Positions 1 to 10,130 are shown, counted from the stretch's first letter. The stretch: DNA of 64,000 bases from Minisyncoccota bacterium (GCA_046350795.1 JAXLZT010000001.1:484705-548704); one strand, 5' to 3'. Notes: generated by a model from the sequence alone, not told the origin. Made by a program: numbers and translations.

Positions 1-1
1 G

Positions 2-361
2 TATATATCAGAACCAGAAGCATTTAATCCAGTAAACATTACGGGACTTATTGGTAGCTTTAGACAGTATAGCTCACCACATCTTAATGGTTTTAAGCTT
101 GGCAAATGTACAAGTTTTGATTATCCTTGGCAGGATTTTCGTGGTACTCGTACAACTCATTTTCAGAAGAAGTTTCTTAGTGCATATAAACAGCGCTCAT
201 ATTTTCAAGCGCCATATAAACACTTGGGTTGTGATCCTTATATTCTAAATACAGAAGAGCTCGCAACGATATATCATTTCCCTGGAAGCGTCGCAACCAC
301 ACCTACTATTCAAAAGACAATGTCAAAGAAGGGCGAAGCGCCACCAAATCTTCCTATTTAA
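2..361 (+). CDS. 3' end of a conserved hypothetical protein (partial, runs off the window start)
   Basis: Open frame from base 2 to TAA at 359-361, ending ...FDYPWQDF...ILNTEELATIYHFPGSVATTPTIQKTMSKKGEAPPNLPI*. This C-terminus is typical of a Parcubacteria hypothetical family. Not in the ORF track. Confidence 0.75.
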   Translation, partial: YISEPEAFNPVNITGLIGSFRQYSSPHLNGFKLGKCTSFDYPWQDFRGTRTTHFQKKFLSAYKQRSYFQAPYKHLGCDPYILNTEELATIYHFPGSVATTPTIQKTMSKKGEAPPNLPI

Positions 362-379
362 TTTTTACAGTCTTAGATT

Positions 380-1354
380 ATGAATCAAAATCGCTTTTTT
401 ACTTTTTTGGAAAATAATAGGATTTTTAGTAGCATTTTGCTTTCTGTTGTTGTAATAGGAACATTGTGTACGCATCTTTTTTTCTGGACCGCCCCATTTT
501 CTTTTTCATCTCAGTCTGTCTTCATTATAGAAAAGGGAACTTCTATCTCTGTTGTAGCAAAAGACCTTGCGGAAAAAAATATTATTCGTTCACCACTGTT
601 TTTTAAGATCATGGTGGTACTCATTGGGCGTGGAAATGGTGTAAAAGCGGGTGATTATTTTTTTACAAAACCTCAGAATATATATGAAGTCGCTAGCCGT
701 CTCATAAAAGCTGAGTATGGTTTTGAGCCAGTAAAGGTTACTATCCCCGAAGGTTCAAACATTTTTCAAATATCGTCTATCTTAGAAAAAAAATTAATAA
801 ATTTTGATTCCAGTATTTTTTTAAGTAAAGCAAAAGAAGGATATGTTTTTCCAGATACTTATTCGCTTTTGCCAAATATGAATGCAGAAGAGGTGCTCGC
901 TGTTATGGAGAAAAATTTTTTTGATAAGACCAAAGATTTAAAAGAAGAAATAAAAAATTCTGGTAAGACTCTTGATGAAATAATAACGATGGCATCTATT
1001 TTAGAAGAAGAAGCGCGTGTGACTGAGACCCGTGAGATACTTTCCGGAATTTTGTGGAAAAGAATAGAAATGGGTATGCCTTTACAGGTAGATGTAACAT
1101 TTCAATACGTCAATGGAAAAAACACTTATCAACTATCAAAAGATGATTTAGATATTGATTCACCATACAATACCTATAAATACGCAGGACTTCCGCCTAC
1201 ACCTATATCAAATCCTGGTTTGGATTCTATAAAATCAGCTTTAAATCCAAAAGAAACACCGTATCTATATTTTCTTTCTGATCGCAACGGTGTGATGTAT
1301 TATGGAAAGAACTTTGAAGAGCATAAGAGAAACAGAGCTTTGTATTTAAATTAA
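380..1354 (+). CDS. mltG: Endolytic transglycosylase MltG (YceG family)
   Basis: N-terminal TM segment; motifs VTIPEG, EGYVFPDTY, ASILEEE, LQVD, SPYNTY..GLPPTPISNPG. Confidence 0.93.
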   Translation: MNQNRFFTFLENNRIFSSILLSVVVIGTLCTHLFFWTAPFSFSSQSVFIIEKGTSISVVAKDLAEKNIIRSPLFFKIMVVLIGRGNGVKAGDYFFTKPQNIYEVASRLIKAEYGFEPVKVTIPEGSNIFQISSILEKKLINFDSSIFLSKAKEGYVFPDTYSLLPNMNAEEVLAVMEKNFFDKTKDLKEEIKNSGKTLDEIITMASILEEEARVTETREILSGILWKRIEMGMPLQVDVTFQYVNGKNTYQLSKDDLDIDSPYNTYKYAGLPPTPISNPGLDSIKSALNPKETPYLYFLSDRNGVMYYGKNFEEHKRNRALYLN

Positions 1355-1372
1355 TCAGATAATCAGAACAAA

Positions 1373-2200
1373 ATGAAATCAGTCACAATCAAAAAATCAA
1401 ATGGTAGCATGGAAGTTTTTGAAAGAGCAAAACTAGAGAATTCTTTATTAAAATCTGGCGCTACAACACACAACACTGATTTGATTGTGCGCCATATAGA
1501 GGAGGAGTTGCATGATGGTATGAGTACTACTCAGATATATACACACGCTTTTAATTTACTTAAAAAATTTGAGAAACCTACCGCTATCAGATATTCGCTT
1601 AAAAGAGCGATAATGGATTTGGGTCCAAGCGGTTTTCCTTTCGAAGATTTTATAGCAGAAATTTTTAAAAGTAAGGGATATACAGCACTCACTGGTCAGC
1701 ACGTGCAAGGTAATTGTGTAGAGCATGAAGTAGACGTGGTCGCTTACAATGAAAACAAGCTCATCATGTGTGAAGCTAAATTTCACAATGAGCTTGGTAT
1801 GCGTTCTGATTTAAAAGTGGCTCTCTATGTAAAGGCTCGTTTTGATGATCTGTCTGGGAAAGAGTATACAGAATACGGCATGCCAAGAAAGCTAGATGAA
1901 GGTTGGCTCATTACAAATACAAAATTTACGGCTACAGCTCTAGATTATGGTATGTGTAATGGTCTACGTATGGTGAGTTGGAATTTTCCTGCAAAAGGCA
2001 ATTTGCAAGATATGATAGAGGATGGTGATTTACACCCGATCACATGTTTGCGTAGTTTAAAACAAAATCAGATAAAAGAGCTTATTTCTCAAAATGTGGT
2101 TTTGTGCAAAACTCTTTTGGAAAAAAAGGATTTGTTGAAAAATATGGGATTGAATGACGAGCAAATATTAGAAGTGGAAGAAGAAATTAACCTTTTATAA
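1373..2200 (+). CDS. ATP-cone domain fused to an Mrr-like PD-(D/E)XK restriction-endonuclease domain
   Basis: N-terminal VTIKKSNG..EVFERAKLENSL..SGA..T..IY (ATP-cone), then GFPFEDFIAEIF..HEVDVVA..CEAKFH (Mrr_cat-like). Confidence 0.8.
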   Translation: MKSVTIKKSNGSMEVFERAKLENSLLKSGATTHNTDLIVRHIEEELHDGMSTTQIYTHAFNLLKKFEKPTAIRYSLKRAIMDLGPSGFPFEDFIAEIFKSKGYTALTGQHVQGNCVEHEVDVVAYNENKLIMCEAKFHNELGMRSDLKVALYVKARFDDLSGKEYTEYGMPRKLDEGWLITNTKFTATALDYGMCNGLRMVSWNFPAKGNLQDMIEDGDLHPITCLRSLKQNQIKELISQNVVLCKTLLEKKDLLKNMGLNDEQILEVEEEINLL

Positions 2201-2202
2201 AA

Positions 2203-2991
2203 ATGTCAGATTATTATCCAGTAAAGAAAAAAAGAAATTCTGCTTGGAATTATGGCGGAGAAAAATGGAAACTAAGTCGTTCCAAGATAGATTTGTTTTC
2301 TGAATGCCCACGTTGTTTTTATTTGGACAACAAGCTCGGTATTATTCGTCCAAAATTTCCAGCTTTTACCCTAAACGTTGCGGTGGATGGATTGTTAAAA
2401 AAAGAGTTTGATATCCATCGAGCAAAAAAGACATCTCATCCTCTCATGGATACATATGGTATAGACGCTGTGCCTTTTTCTCATAAAGACGTAGACACTT
2501 GGCGAGAAAACTTTGAGGGTGTGCAATTTTTGCATAAACCCACAGGACTTTTGGTATCTGGCGCAATAGACGACGTGTGGGTAAATAAAGAAGGCGAACT
2601 TTTAGTAGTTGATTATAAAGCTACAGCCAAAGACGGGGCCATAGATGATCTCGATGATACAAAATGGCATGATCAATATCGTAGGCAGATGGAAGTGTAT
2701 CAATGGTTGCTTCGACAAAACGGATTTAAAGTATCAAATACTGGATATTTTGTTTATGTAAATGGAAAAAAAGACAAAGAATCTTTTGATGGCAAGCTAG
2801 AATTTGATGTAACAATCATACCTTATACCGGTTCAGACAATTGGATTGAAAAGAAGCTTGAAGATATTAAAAAATGCCTAGAATCAAAAAATATTCCAAA
2901 GTCAGGTGAGGGTTGTGAGTATTGCGCTTATATAGATTTGATAGAAAAAGAGACAAAGGATACAAAAGATACAAAAGGAACATTGTTTTAG
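2203..2991 (+). CDS. PD-(D/E)XK RecB/Cas4-like nuclease
   Basis: LSRSKI..CPRCFY, GAIDD..VVDYK, QMEVY, C-terminal CEYC. Confidence 0.82.
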   Translation: MSDYYPVKKKRNSAWNYGGEKWKLSRSKIDLFSECPRCFYLDNKLGIIRPKFPAFTLNVAVDGLLKKEFDIHRAKKTSHPLMDTYGIDAVPFSHKDVDTWRENFEGVQFLHKPTGLLVSGAIDDVWVNKEGELLVVDYKATAKDGAIDDLDDTKWHDQYRRQMEVYQWLLRQNGFKVSNTGYFVYVNGKKDKESFDGKLEFDVTIIPYTGSDNWIEKKLEDIKKCLESKNIPKSGEGCEYCAYIDLIEKETKDTKDTKGTLF

Positions 2992-3012
2992 TTGTCATGC
3001 TAGAATTGGCTA

Positions 3013-3264
3013 ATGAAATTTAAAGACAGGGTTCTTTTGGTTGTAGCAAAAATACCAAAGGGGAAAGTGCTCACGTATAAAGAAGTAGCACAAAAAGCTG
3101 GCAATACAAAAGCTAGTCGTGCTGTGGGCAATATTTTAAATAAAAATTATAATCCCAAGATACCATGTCATAGGGTCGTGCGCTCCGATGGAAAAATAGG
3201 TGGCTACAATAGGGGTCGCGCAGAAAAAATCAGAAAATTAAAGTCAGAAGGAGTAAAAATTTAA
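3013..3264 (+). CDS. Minimal O6-methylguanine-DNA methyltransferase (MGMT C-terminal domain only)
   Basis: IPKGKVLTY..A..RAVG..N..IPCHRVV active-site motif. Confidence 0.88.
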   Translation: MKFKDRVLLVVAKIPKGKVLTYKEVAQKAGNTKASRAVGNILNKNYNPKIPCHRVVRSDGKIGGYNRGRAEKIRKLKSEGVKI

Positions 3265-3271
3265 TCTTGTC

Positions 3272-3895
3272 ATGTCTAAAAAGATATCAGAAAAAGAAAT
3301 AAATGATAGAAAAGAAAAGCTGAAAGAAATTCGTGATGAAGTGATCAATTTTACAGTGTCTGATCTCTGTAAAGAAAGAATAAAAAATAAAACTTTCCCA
3401 GTACTTGGAGAGGGTAGTCATTTTGCTGATATTGTGTTTATCGGAGAAGCTCCAGGGAAAAATGAATCAATGACAGGTAGGCCTTTTGTAGGTGCTTCGG
3501 GAAAAGTCTTGGATGAACTTTTACTTTCTGCTGGTATTCCTCGCGAAGACGTATATATTACAAATATAGTAAAAGACAGACCGCCACAAAATCGCGATCC
3601 TCTGCCAGAAGAAATAGAAATGTATGCACCCTTTTTAGATAGGCAGATAGAAATAATTCAGCCAAAAGTTATAGCCACTCTCGGACGTTTTGCAATGATG
3701 TATATTATGAAAAGATATGGGTTGGAATCTAAATTAGATCTAATTTCTAATATTCATGGCAAGATATTTGAAGCAAAAACCCCTTATGGTAAAGTGAAAA
3801 TGGTTCCTTTGTATCATCCGGCCGTGGCGGTATACAACAACAAGACAAAGGATTCCTTAAAAGAAGATTTTCAGACACTAAAACAATTTATATGA
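3272..3895 (+). CDS. Uracil-DNA glycosylase, family 4
   Basis: GEAPG..E..GRPFVG.SG, TNIVK.RPP.NRDP, LYHPA. Confidence 0.9.
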   Translation: MSKKISEKEINDRKEKLKEIRDEVINFTVSDLCKERIKNKTFPVLGEGSHFADIVFIGEAPGKNESMTGRPFVGASGKVLDELLLSAGIPREDVYITNIVKDRPPQNRDPLPEEIEMYAPFLDRQIEIIQPKVIATLGRFAMMYIMKRYGLESKLDLISNIHGKIFEAKTPYGKVKMVPLYHPAVAVYNNKTKDSLKEDFQTLKQFI

Positions 3896-5664
3896 CAAAC
3901 CAATACAAGACAGAGTGGAATTTGAAGCAATTTTATTCATCTATAGATGATCCTAAAATAGAGAAAGATATAAAAAAGCTAGAGAAAAAATACAGTGATT
4001 TTGAAAAGAAATATAAAGACAAAACTGACTATTTAAAGAATCCAAAGAAACTTTTAGTTGCTCTGAAGGAGTTTGAGGGGTTAAATTCTGAGCCTTTTTA
4101 TCCTTCTCTTTATACTTTTTTGTCTTCTGATTTAAATAGCGCTGACGAAAAAGTGCAGGCTTTTTCAAACGCTCTGTCTATGCGTTTGGCTAAAGTTGAT
4201 AACAAGGTTTTATTTTTCCCTCTGGCTGTAAGTAAAATACCAAAGCCTTTTCAAAAAAAGATTTTGGCAGATAAAAGATTTTCTTATTTTAAATATAATT
4301 TGAAGCTGTCTTTTGATAGTGCAAAATACGACCTTACTTTGCCGGAAGAAAAAATATTAAATCTAAAATCACTACCAGCTCACAGTCTGTGGGTTCAAGG
4401 TGTTGAAAAAAGTCTAAATGACAAGACTGTTGAATTTAATGGAAAGACGATTCCTCTTTCAGAAGCGTCCGTAAAAGTGCATACATTAAAGACTCAAGAA
4501 AGATATGAGTTGCATAAAAAAATACTAGAAAAGATAAAAGAAGTCGCTGATTTTAGTACTTCTGAGATCAATTCTGTTTATATAAATAAAAAAATAAATG
4601 ATGAGCTCAGGGGGTATAGTAAGCCATATTCAGCGACCCTACTTTCTCATCAAATATCAGAAAAGACACTCTCCCAGCTAAGAGAATCTGTAAAAAAATG
4701 GCAAAAAGTAAGTCATGATTTTTTTGGTATCAAAGCAAAGCTTTTAAAGCTTGATTTTCTTCAATATCCAGATAGGGCTATAAGCATAGAAGAAAATAAA
4801 AAGAAAATTTCTTTTGATGAGGCTTTAAATATACTTCTTACTTCCTTTGAAAAATTTGGTCCTTGGTATAAAGAAAAATTAGTTTCTTTTCTTGAAAATG
4901 GACAGGTAGATGTTTTTCCTAAATTTGGCAAAACAAGTGGTGCTTATTGTTTGGGTGGCAACAATCAACCGACTTTTATCTTGCTAAATCATATAGATAA
5001 TTTTGAATCAGTAATGACTTTTGGTCATGAAATGGGACACGCTTTTCATACTGAGTTAAGCAAGAAACAAGGCCCATCTTATCAAGGTTATTCTACAGCT
5101 GTGGCAGAAGTGGCGAGTACTTTTTTTGAAAATATAGTTTTTGAGGAAAGTCTTAAAAACTTAACAAAAAAAGAACAGATTTTCGCTTTGCATGACAAGA
5201 TAAGTGACGATATCCAAACAATCTTTAGGCAAATGGCTTGCTTTGAGTTTGAGCTGGAGCTTCACGATACTATTCGTGCAAAAGGTGCCGTAAGCAAAGA
5301 AGAAATATCTGCAATGATGAACAAGCATATGCGATCATATCTTGGACCGGTATTTAAGCTTACTCCAGATGATGGATATTTCTTTATTATTTGGTCTCAT
5401 ATCAGAAGATTTTTCTATGTTTATTCTTATGCATATGGACAAATAGTGAGTAAGGCTCTATACAAAAAATATTGCGAAGACAAAAATTTTTCAAAAAAGA
5501 TAGAGCAGTTTTTGAGCGCTGGATCAAGCAAAAGTCCAGAGCAAATATTTAAAGATATAGGTATAGATACCACAAAAAGTGATTTCTTTGAGGTTGGTTT
5601 GAAAAGTATAGGAGAAGATATAAAGAGACTTGAAACATTAGCGAAGGAAGAAAAATTGATATAA
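3892..5664 (+). CDS. pepF: M3 family oligoendopeptidase F
   Basis: N-terminal WNL, GKTSGAYC, HEMGH zinc motif, AEVAS, H..FYVYSYAYG. Confidence 0.88.
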   Translation: MTNQYKTEWNLKQFYSSIDDPKIEKDIKKLEKKYSDFEKKYKDKTDYLKNPKKLLVALKEFEGLNSEPFYPSLYTFLSSDLNSADEKVQAFSNALSMRLAKVDNKVLFFPLAVSKIPKPFQKKILADKRFSYFKYNLKLSFDSAKYDLTLPEEKILNLKSLPAHSLWVQGVEKSLNDKTVEFNGKTIPLSEASVKVHTLKTQERYELHKKILEKIKEVADFSTSEINSVYINKKINDELRGYSKPYSATLLSHQISEKTLSQLRESVKKWQKVSHDFFGIKAKLLKLDFLQYPDRAISIEENKKKISFDEALNILLTSFEKFGPWYKEKLVSFLENGQVDVFPKFGKTSGAYCLGGNNQPTFILLNHIDNFESVMTFGHEMGHAFHTELSKKQGPSYQGYSTAVAEVASTFFENIVFEESLKNLTKKEQIFALHDKISDDIQTIFRQMACFEFELELHDTIRAKGAVSKEEISAMMNKHMRSYLGPVFKLTPDDGYFFIIWSHIRRFFYVYSYAYGQIVSKALYKKYCEDKNFSKKIEQFLSAGSSKSPEQIFKDIGIDTTKSDFFEVGLKSIGEDIKRLETLAKEEKLI

Positions 5665-5674
5665 TATTGCTTAT

Positions 5675-7489
5675 ATGAATTCACAGGAAATAAGGCAGAA
5701 ATTTCTAGAGTTTTTTAAAAGTTTGCCCGGAAAAGAGCATGTTGTTTTGCCGTCTGCTTCTCTCGTGACGTCTGATGAAAAGGGCACCACAGACAACACC
5801 CTTTTCAATACTGCTGGCATGCAGCCACTTATCCCTTATCTTCTCGGCGAAAAGCATCCGGACGGCACTCGCTTGGCAAGTGTGCAAAAATGCCTACGTA
5901 CTACAGACATGGATGATATTGGTGACAACACCCACGCTACTTTTTTTGAAATGCTCGGCAACTGGTCACTCGGAGATTATTGGAAAAAAGAGGCGATAGA
6001 GTGGAGCTATAAATTTTTGACTTCTAAAGAAAATGGGCTCGGCCTTGATCCTGAGCGTCTATACGTAACGGTCTTTGCTGGTAACGAGAATTCTCCTCAA
6101 GATACAGAATCAGCAGAAATATGGAAAAAAGTAGGTGTGCCTGAGCATAGGATATTTTACAAAGATGCTGCTTCAAATTGGTGGCCTGCTGTAAAACCTG
6201 AAAAAAAGGATGGTTGGACTGGTCCGACTGGTCCATGCTCTGAGATGTTTTATGACATTACAAAAGATGGTGTCGGTGAAATAAAAAATGTTGAAGAGTT
6301 TCAGAAAGCAGAAGATCAGCAAAAACTTGTAGAGATCTGGAATGACGTTTTCATGGAGTTTGAGAAAAAAGACGGGGAGATAGTCGGAAATCTTGTACAA
6401 AAAAATGTGGATACTGGCGCGGGTCTAGAGAGACTTTGTATGGTTATACAAGGTATAAACAATATTTTTGAAACAGATCTATTTAAAGATTTGATAAGTT
6501 TGACCTCAGAGCTGACTACTGACGTAAAAGCGCAGAGAATAATAGCAGATCATATACGTACGTCTGTCTTTTTGATTGCTGATGGTGTAGTACCATCAAA
6601 CACAGACAGAGGATATATACTACGCCGACTTCTTCGTCGCGCCATTTTTTATGCAAACAAAAAGGATTTATCTCCAGAAGAAGTGCGTGTCTTGGTGCAA
6701 AGTGTCGCTCACAAATACAGAGAAAATTATCCCGATGTGCATCACAAAGTTGGCATTATAGAGCAAGTGATAAATGATGAGGTGGTGAAATTTAAAAAAA
6801 CCCTTGCGGATGGAGTGAAGCAATTTGGAAAGATAGCTGCCGGTACACACATTATTTCTGGCAAAGATGCTTTCATACTATTTTCTACATACGGTTTCCC
6901 TATAGACATGACTGTAGAGCTTGCTAAAGAAAGTGGTGTAGGAGTAGATAGGACTGCATTTGAAGAAGAATTTAAAAACCACCAAGCCCTATCTCGTGCA
7001 GGTGCAGAGCAAAAGTTTAAAGGAGGACTAGCTGATACGAGTGAGGTGTCTTTGCGATATCATACAGCCACACATTTACTACATCAGGCACTTCATGATG
7101 TGCTAGGAGATCATGTAGAGCAAAAGGGCTCAAATATTACTTCTGAGCGACTGCGTTTTGATTTTGCGCATCCACAAAAAATGACAGACGAAGAAAAAAA
7201 GCGTGTCGAAGATATAGTAAATGAAAAAATCAGCGCGGGACTACCAATGCAGTCAGTCATACTTCCAAAAGAAAAAGCACTTGCCACTGGTGCACGACAT
7301 TTTTTCAATGAAAAATACGGCGATGAGGTGAGTATTTATTTTATCGGCGAATCACTCGACACAGCATATTCAAAAGAATTTTGTGGTGGACCCCATGTAA
7401 AAAATACTAGCGAGCTGGGTCACTTTAAAATCGCAAAAGAAGAAGCAGTGTCTGCAGGTGTGCGTAGAATAAAAGCTATTTTAGAATAA
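5675..7489 (+). CDS. alaS: Alanine--tRNA ligase (short form, no C-Ala domain)
   Basis: EIRQKFL, LFNTAGMQP, TFFEMLGNWS, DTGAGLER, GYILRRLLRRA; editing motifs HTATHLL and CGGPH. Confidence 0.95.
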   Translation: MNSQEIRQKFLEFFKSLPGKEHVVLPSASLVTSDEKGTTDNTLFNTAGMQPLIPYLLGEKHPDGTRLASVQKCLRTTDMDDIGDNTHATFFEMLGNWSLGDYWKKEAIEWSYKFLTSKENGLGLDPERLYVTVFAGNENSPQDTESAEIWKKVGVPEHRIFYKDAASNWWPAVKPEKKDGWTGPTGPCSEMFYDITKDGVGEIKNVEEFQKAEDQQKLVEIWNDVFMEFEKKDGEIVGNLVQKNVDTGAGLERLCMVIQGINNIFETDLFKDLISLTSELTTDVKAQRIIADHIRTSVFLIADGVVPSNTDRGYILRRLLRRAIFYANKKDLSPEEVRVLVQSVAHKYRENYPDVHHKVGIIEQVINDEVVKFKKTLADGVKQFGKIAAGTHIISGKDAFILFSTYGFPIDMTVELAKESGVGVDRTAFEEEFKNHQALSRAGAEQKFKGGLADTSEVSLRYHTATHLLHQALHDVLGDHVEQKGSNITSERLRFDFAHPQKMTDEEKKRVEDIVNEKISAGLPMQSVILPKEKALATGARHFFNEKYGDEVSIYFIGESLDTAYSKEFCGGPHVKNTSELGHFKIAKEEAVSAGVRRIKAILE

Positions 7490-7516
7490 AACAAAGTAGA
7501 GTATAATAAATGCACG

Positions 7517-8710
7517 ATGGAAGAGATCAATTTGATTCTTGATGTGGGTAACGGTAGTGTTGCCGGCGCTCTGGTACTATTTAAAGAAGGCCTTGCCCCA
7601 AAAATAATTTACTCAAAGCGTCTACCGCTTTCACTTGAAAAAAAGAAAGAAACAGAAAATCTTTTCGGCTCAGTTACACGTATCTTAGAAGAAGTGGTGT
7701 CTCTGATAGCTAAAGATGGTGTGACAGAGATGCATAAGGCGGGTATATCACAAAAAAAAGTTAAGCACACCTTTTGTGTACTTTCTTCTCCTTGGTATAT
7801 TTCAAAAACTAAGATTCTTAAAATAGAAAATCGCGAGCCTATTTCTATAAATAAAAATTTTGTAGATGAACTATTACAAAAAGAACAAGAAATATTTGAA
7901 AATGAAGTTTCAGAAAAAAAATACGGTAATCTCTCAAAAAACGATATAGAAGTAATAGAGAAAAAAATAATCCAGACAAAGCTCAATGGATATCAGACTA
8001 TAGATCCATTTAAAAAGCGTGCACGGCAGATAGAGCTAGCTATATTTATGAGCGTTGCTTCAAAAAAGATTGTAAACTCTATAGAAAATATAGTCGGAAA
8101 ATATTTCTACTCAAAACATATGGGCCTTTTCTCCTACTCTTTTGTGGAGTACAACGTAGTTAGTGATATATTTTCTAATGAATCAGATTTTGTGTTTATG
8201 GACATATCTGCTGAGGTGACCGACATTTCTTCTGTGGAAAAACACGTGCTTATGGAAACAATTTCTTTTCCCGCGGGTAGGAATAATCTAATAGCAAAAG
8301 TGGCCGAAGACTTTGGTGTGCTACCAGAAATAGCTCTGTCTTTTATAAAAATGAATGCTAGTGGTCACGCAGAGCAAGAATCTTCAGAAAAAATCCATAT
8401 GGCTTGTGAAAAAGCAAAAAAAGAATGGAATGACTATTTCTTTAAATGTTTATCTGATATCGCAAAAGGGTGTACACCATCAAAAATATTCCTAACAGTA
8501 GATTCTGATGTTGCGCCACTCTTCACTTCTTTTATAAAAGAAAATCTTTCTCTTGCGCAAAAAAATACAACCGATTTTCAGCCGATACCTGTAGTGCTTT
8601 TAGATGAAGAAAAACTTTCTCAGTTTGTAGAGTTTGGTGTGGCGACAACAAGAGATCCGTTTCTAGCAATAGAGAGTGTGTTTTTCAACAAATTATTTAC
8701 AACATTGTAA
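7517..8710 (+). CDS. Actin-like (FtsA/PilM-like) fold hypothetical protein
   Basis: LILDVGNGSV phosphate-1-like motif; FMDISAEVTDIS..SFPAG phosphate-2-like motif. Confidence 0.6.
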   Translation: MEEINLILDVGNGSVAGALVLFKEGLAPKIIYSKRLPLSLEKKKETENLFGSVTRILEEVVSLIAKDGVTEMHKAGISQKKVKHTFCVLSSPWYISKTKILKIENREPISINKNFVDELLQKEQEIFENEVSEKKYGNLSKNDIEVIEKKIIQTKLNGYQTIDPFKKRARQIELAIFMSVASKKIVNSIENIVGKYFYSKHMGLFSYSFVEYNVVSDIFSNESDFVFMDISAEVTDISSVEKHVLMETISFPAGRNNLIAKVAEDFGVLPEIALSFIKMNASGHAEQESSEKIHMACEKAKKEWNDYFFKCLSDIAKGCTPSKIFLTVDSDVAPLFTSFIKENLSLAQKNTTDFQPIPVVLLDEEKLSQFVEFGVATTRDPFLAIESVFFNKLFTTL

Positions 8711-8732
8711 AAATTATTTATAATTTAGAATT

Positions 8733-10121
8733 ATGGCAAAGAAAATAGTACAAGACGTATTACCTCCAGAAAATAAAACAATCAGAAATATTCCAATATC
8801 AAGAAGACAGTCTACAATCACTCGATCAGTGCCACCCTCATCTTCTGCACGTCGAGACACTGTATCTCAAGATATTTTTGAGTCTAAACAGCTTGATAGT
8901 AGGCGACCAGAAAGAAAAAGAGAGCAACCTCAGACATATTCTAATGATTTTATTTCTCCACCAAAATTTACACAAAAAAGGAGTTTCTTTTCAAGAAAGG
9001 GTATTTGGGCCTCTTCATTTATATTTCTGATTTTATTAGCGTTTGCTACTTCATTTTTGTTTGTTAGTGCGAGCATCGAGGTGAGACCAAAAATAGAAAA
9101 AGCAAATCTAAGCATAGCTCTTTTGGCAAAAAAATCTCCACAAGCAGGTGAGCTTGGTTTTGATATTGTTACTATATCTAGGGAACTAGGTAAAAATGTA
9201 GAAGCTTCGGGTGAAGAAAAAATAGAAAAAAAAGCCTCCGGCAGAATAGTTATTTTTAATAAGTACAGCAAGTCATCTCAAAAGCTAGTAGCAAACACTC
9301 GTTTTGAAAACACAAAAGGTCAAATATATAGAATAGCTGAAGCTGTCACTATTCCTGGATATACTGTAAGTGGCGGTGAGACAGTACCTGGTAGTGTTAC
9401 TGTTACTGTGTATGCAGATCAACCAGGAGATTCATATAATTCTGGTTTGACAGATTTTACTATCCCAGGATTTAAGGGTGATCCTAGATTTAATACTATT
9501 TTCGCTAGATCTGATACTCCTATGCAGGGTGGTTTTTCCGGAATGATGAAAAAAGTCACTCCAGAACTACTTAAAAGTGCGGAAGCAGATCTAGAAACAA
9601 AACTAAAGGACCAACTTACGATAGAAGTAAAATCCCAGATCCCGGATGACTATATATTGTTTCCTGGAGCGGTTTCCTTTTCTTTTGAATCGTCTCCTCA
9701 AACAGAAGTATCAGATAATTCAGTAAAGGTGAATAGAAAGGGTACTATCGTCGGTATGATTTTTAATAAAGACCTACTCAACTCTCAGCTTGCAAAAAAC
9801 ACCCTTACACCAGCAGGATCGGGGGAAGTATATGTAGAAAATCTTGAAGAGCTTACCCTGGTTTTGCCAGAAGATGTAAAAATAGGTGGCAATATGGATA
9901 AAGACGTTTCCTTTACCCTAAAGGGTCCTGTAAAGTTTATTTGGACTTTTGACCAAAATAAGCTTAAGCAGGATTTAGCTGGAAAACCCAAGAAAAACCT
10001 AGGTTCTGTGCTTGCTTTATACCCAGCTATAGAAAAAGCAAAGGTAACCCTGAGACCTTTTTGGAAGTTTTCATTTCCAAAAAATATTGATAAAATAACG
10101 GTAAATATAAATACAAAATAA
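8733..10121 (+). CDS. Membrane-anchored protein with a baseplate-J-like extracellular domain (CPR-type)
   Basis: Disordered basic N-terminus, one TM (~aa 90-112), KASGRIVIFN..LVANTRF..VTIPG..V.VYADQPGDSYN..FTIPG. Confidence 0.65.
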   Translation: MAKKIVQDVLPPENKTIRNIPISRRQSTITRSVPPSSSARRDTVSQDIFESKQLDSRRPERKREQPQTYSNDFISPPKFTQKRSFFSRKGIWASSFIFLILLAFATSFLFVSASIEVRPKIEKANLSIALLAKKSPQAGELGFDIVTISRELGKNVEASGEEKIEKKASGRIVIFNKYSKSSQKLVANTRFENTKGQIYRIAEAVTIPGYTVSGGETVPGSVTVTVYADQPGDSYNSGLTDFTIPGFKGDPRFNTIFARSDTPMQGGFSGMMKKVTPELLKSAEADLETKLKDQLTIEVKSQIPDDYILFPGAVSFSFESSPQTEVSDNSVKVNRKGTIVGMIFNKDLLNSQLAKNTLTPAGSGEVYVENLEELTLVLPEDVKIGGNMDKDVSFTLKGPVKFIWTFDQNKLKQDLAGKPKKNLGSVLALYPAIEKAKVTLRPFWKFSFPKNIDKITVNINTK

Positions 10122-10130
10122 TGAAGGTGG

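Noticed and set aside
51-248. 65-aa ORF from the track
   Set aside because: It is out of frame with the real partial CDS at 2-361.
2203-2991. CRISPR-Cas interpretation of the Cas4-like gene
   Set aside because: No repeat-spacer array and no cas1 or cas2 anywhere in the window.
8733-10121. Prophage, suggested by the baseplate-J-like domain
   Set aside because: The gene is membrane-anchored, sits among core genes and has no other phage structural genes nearby.
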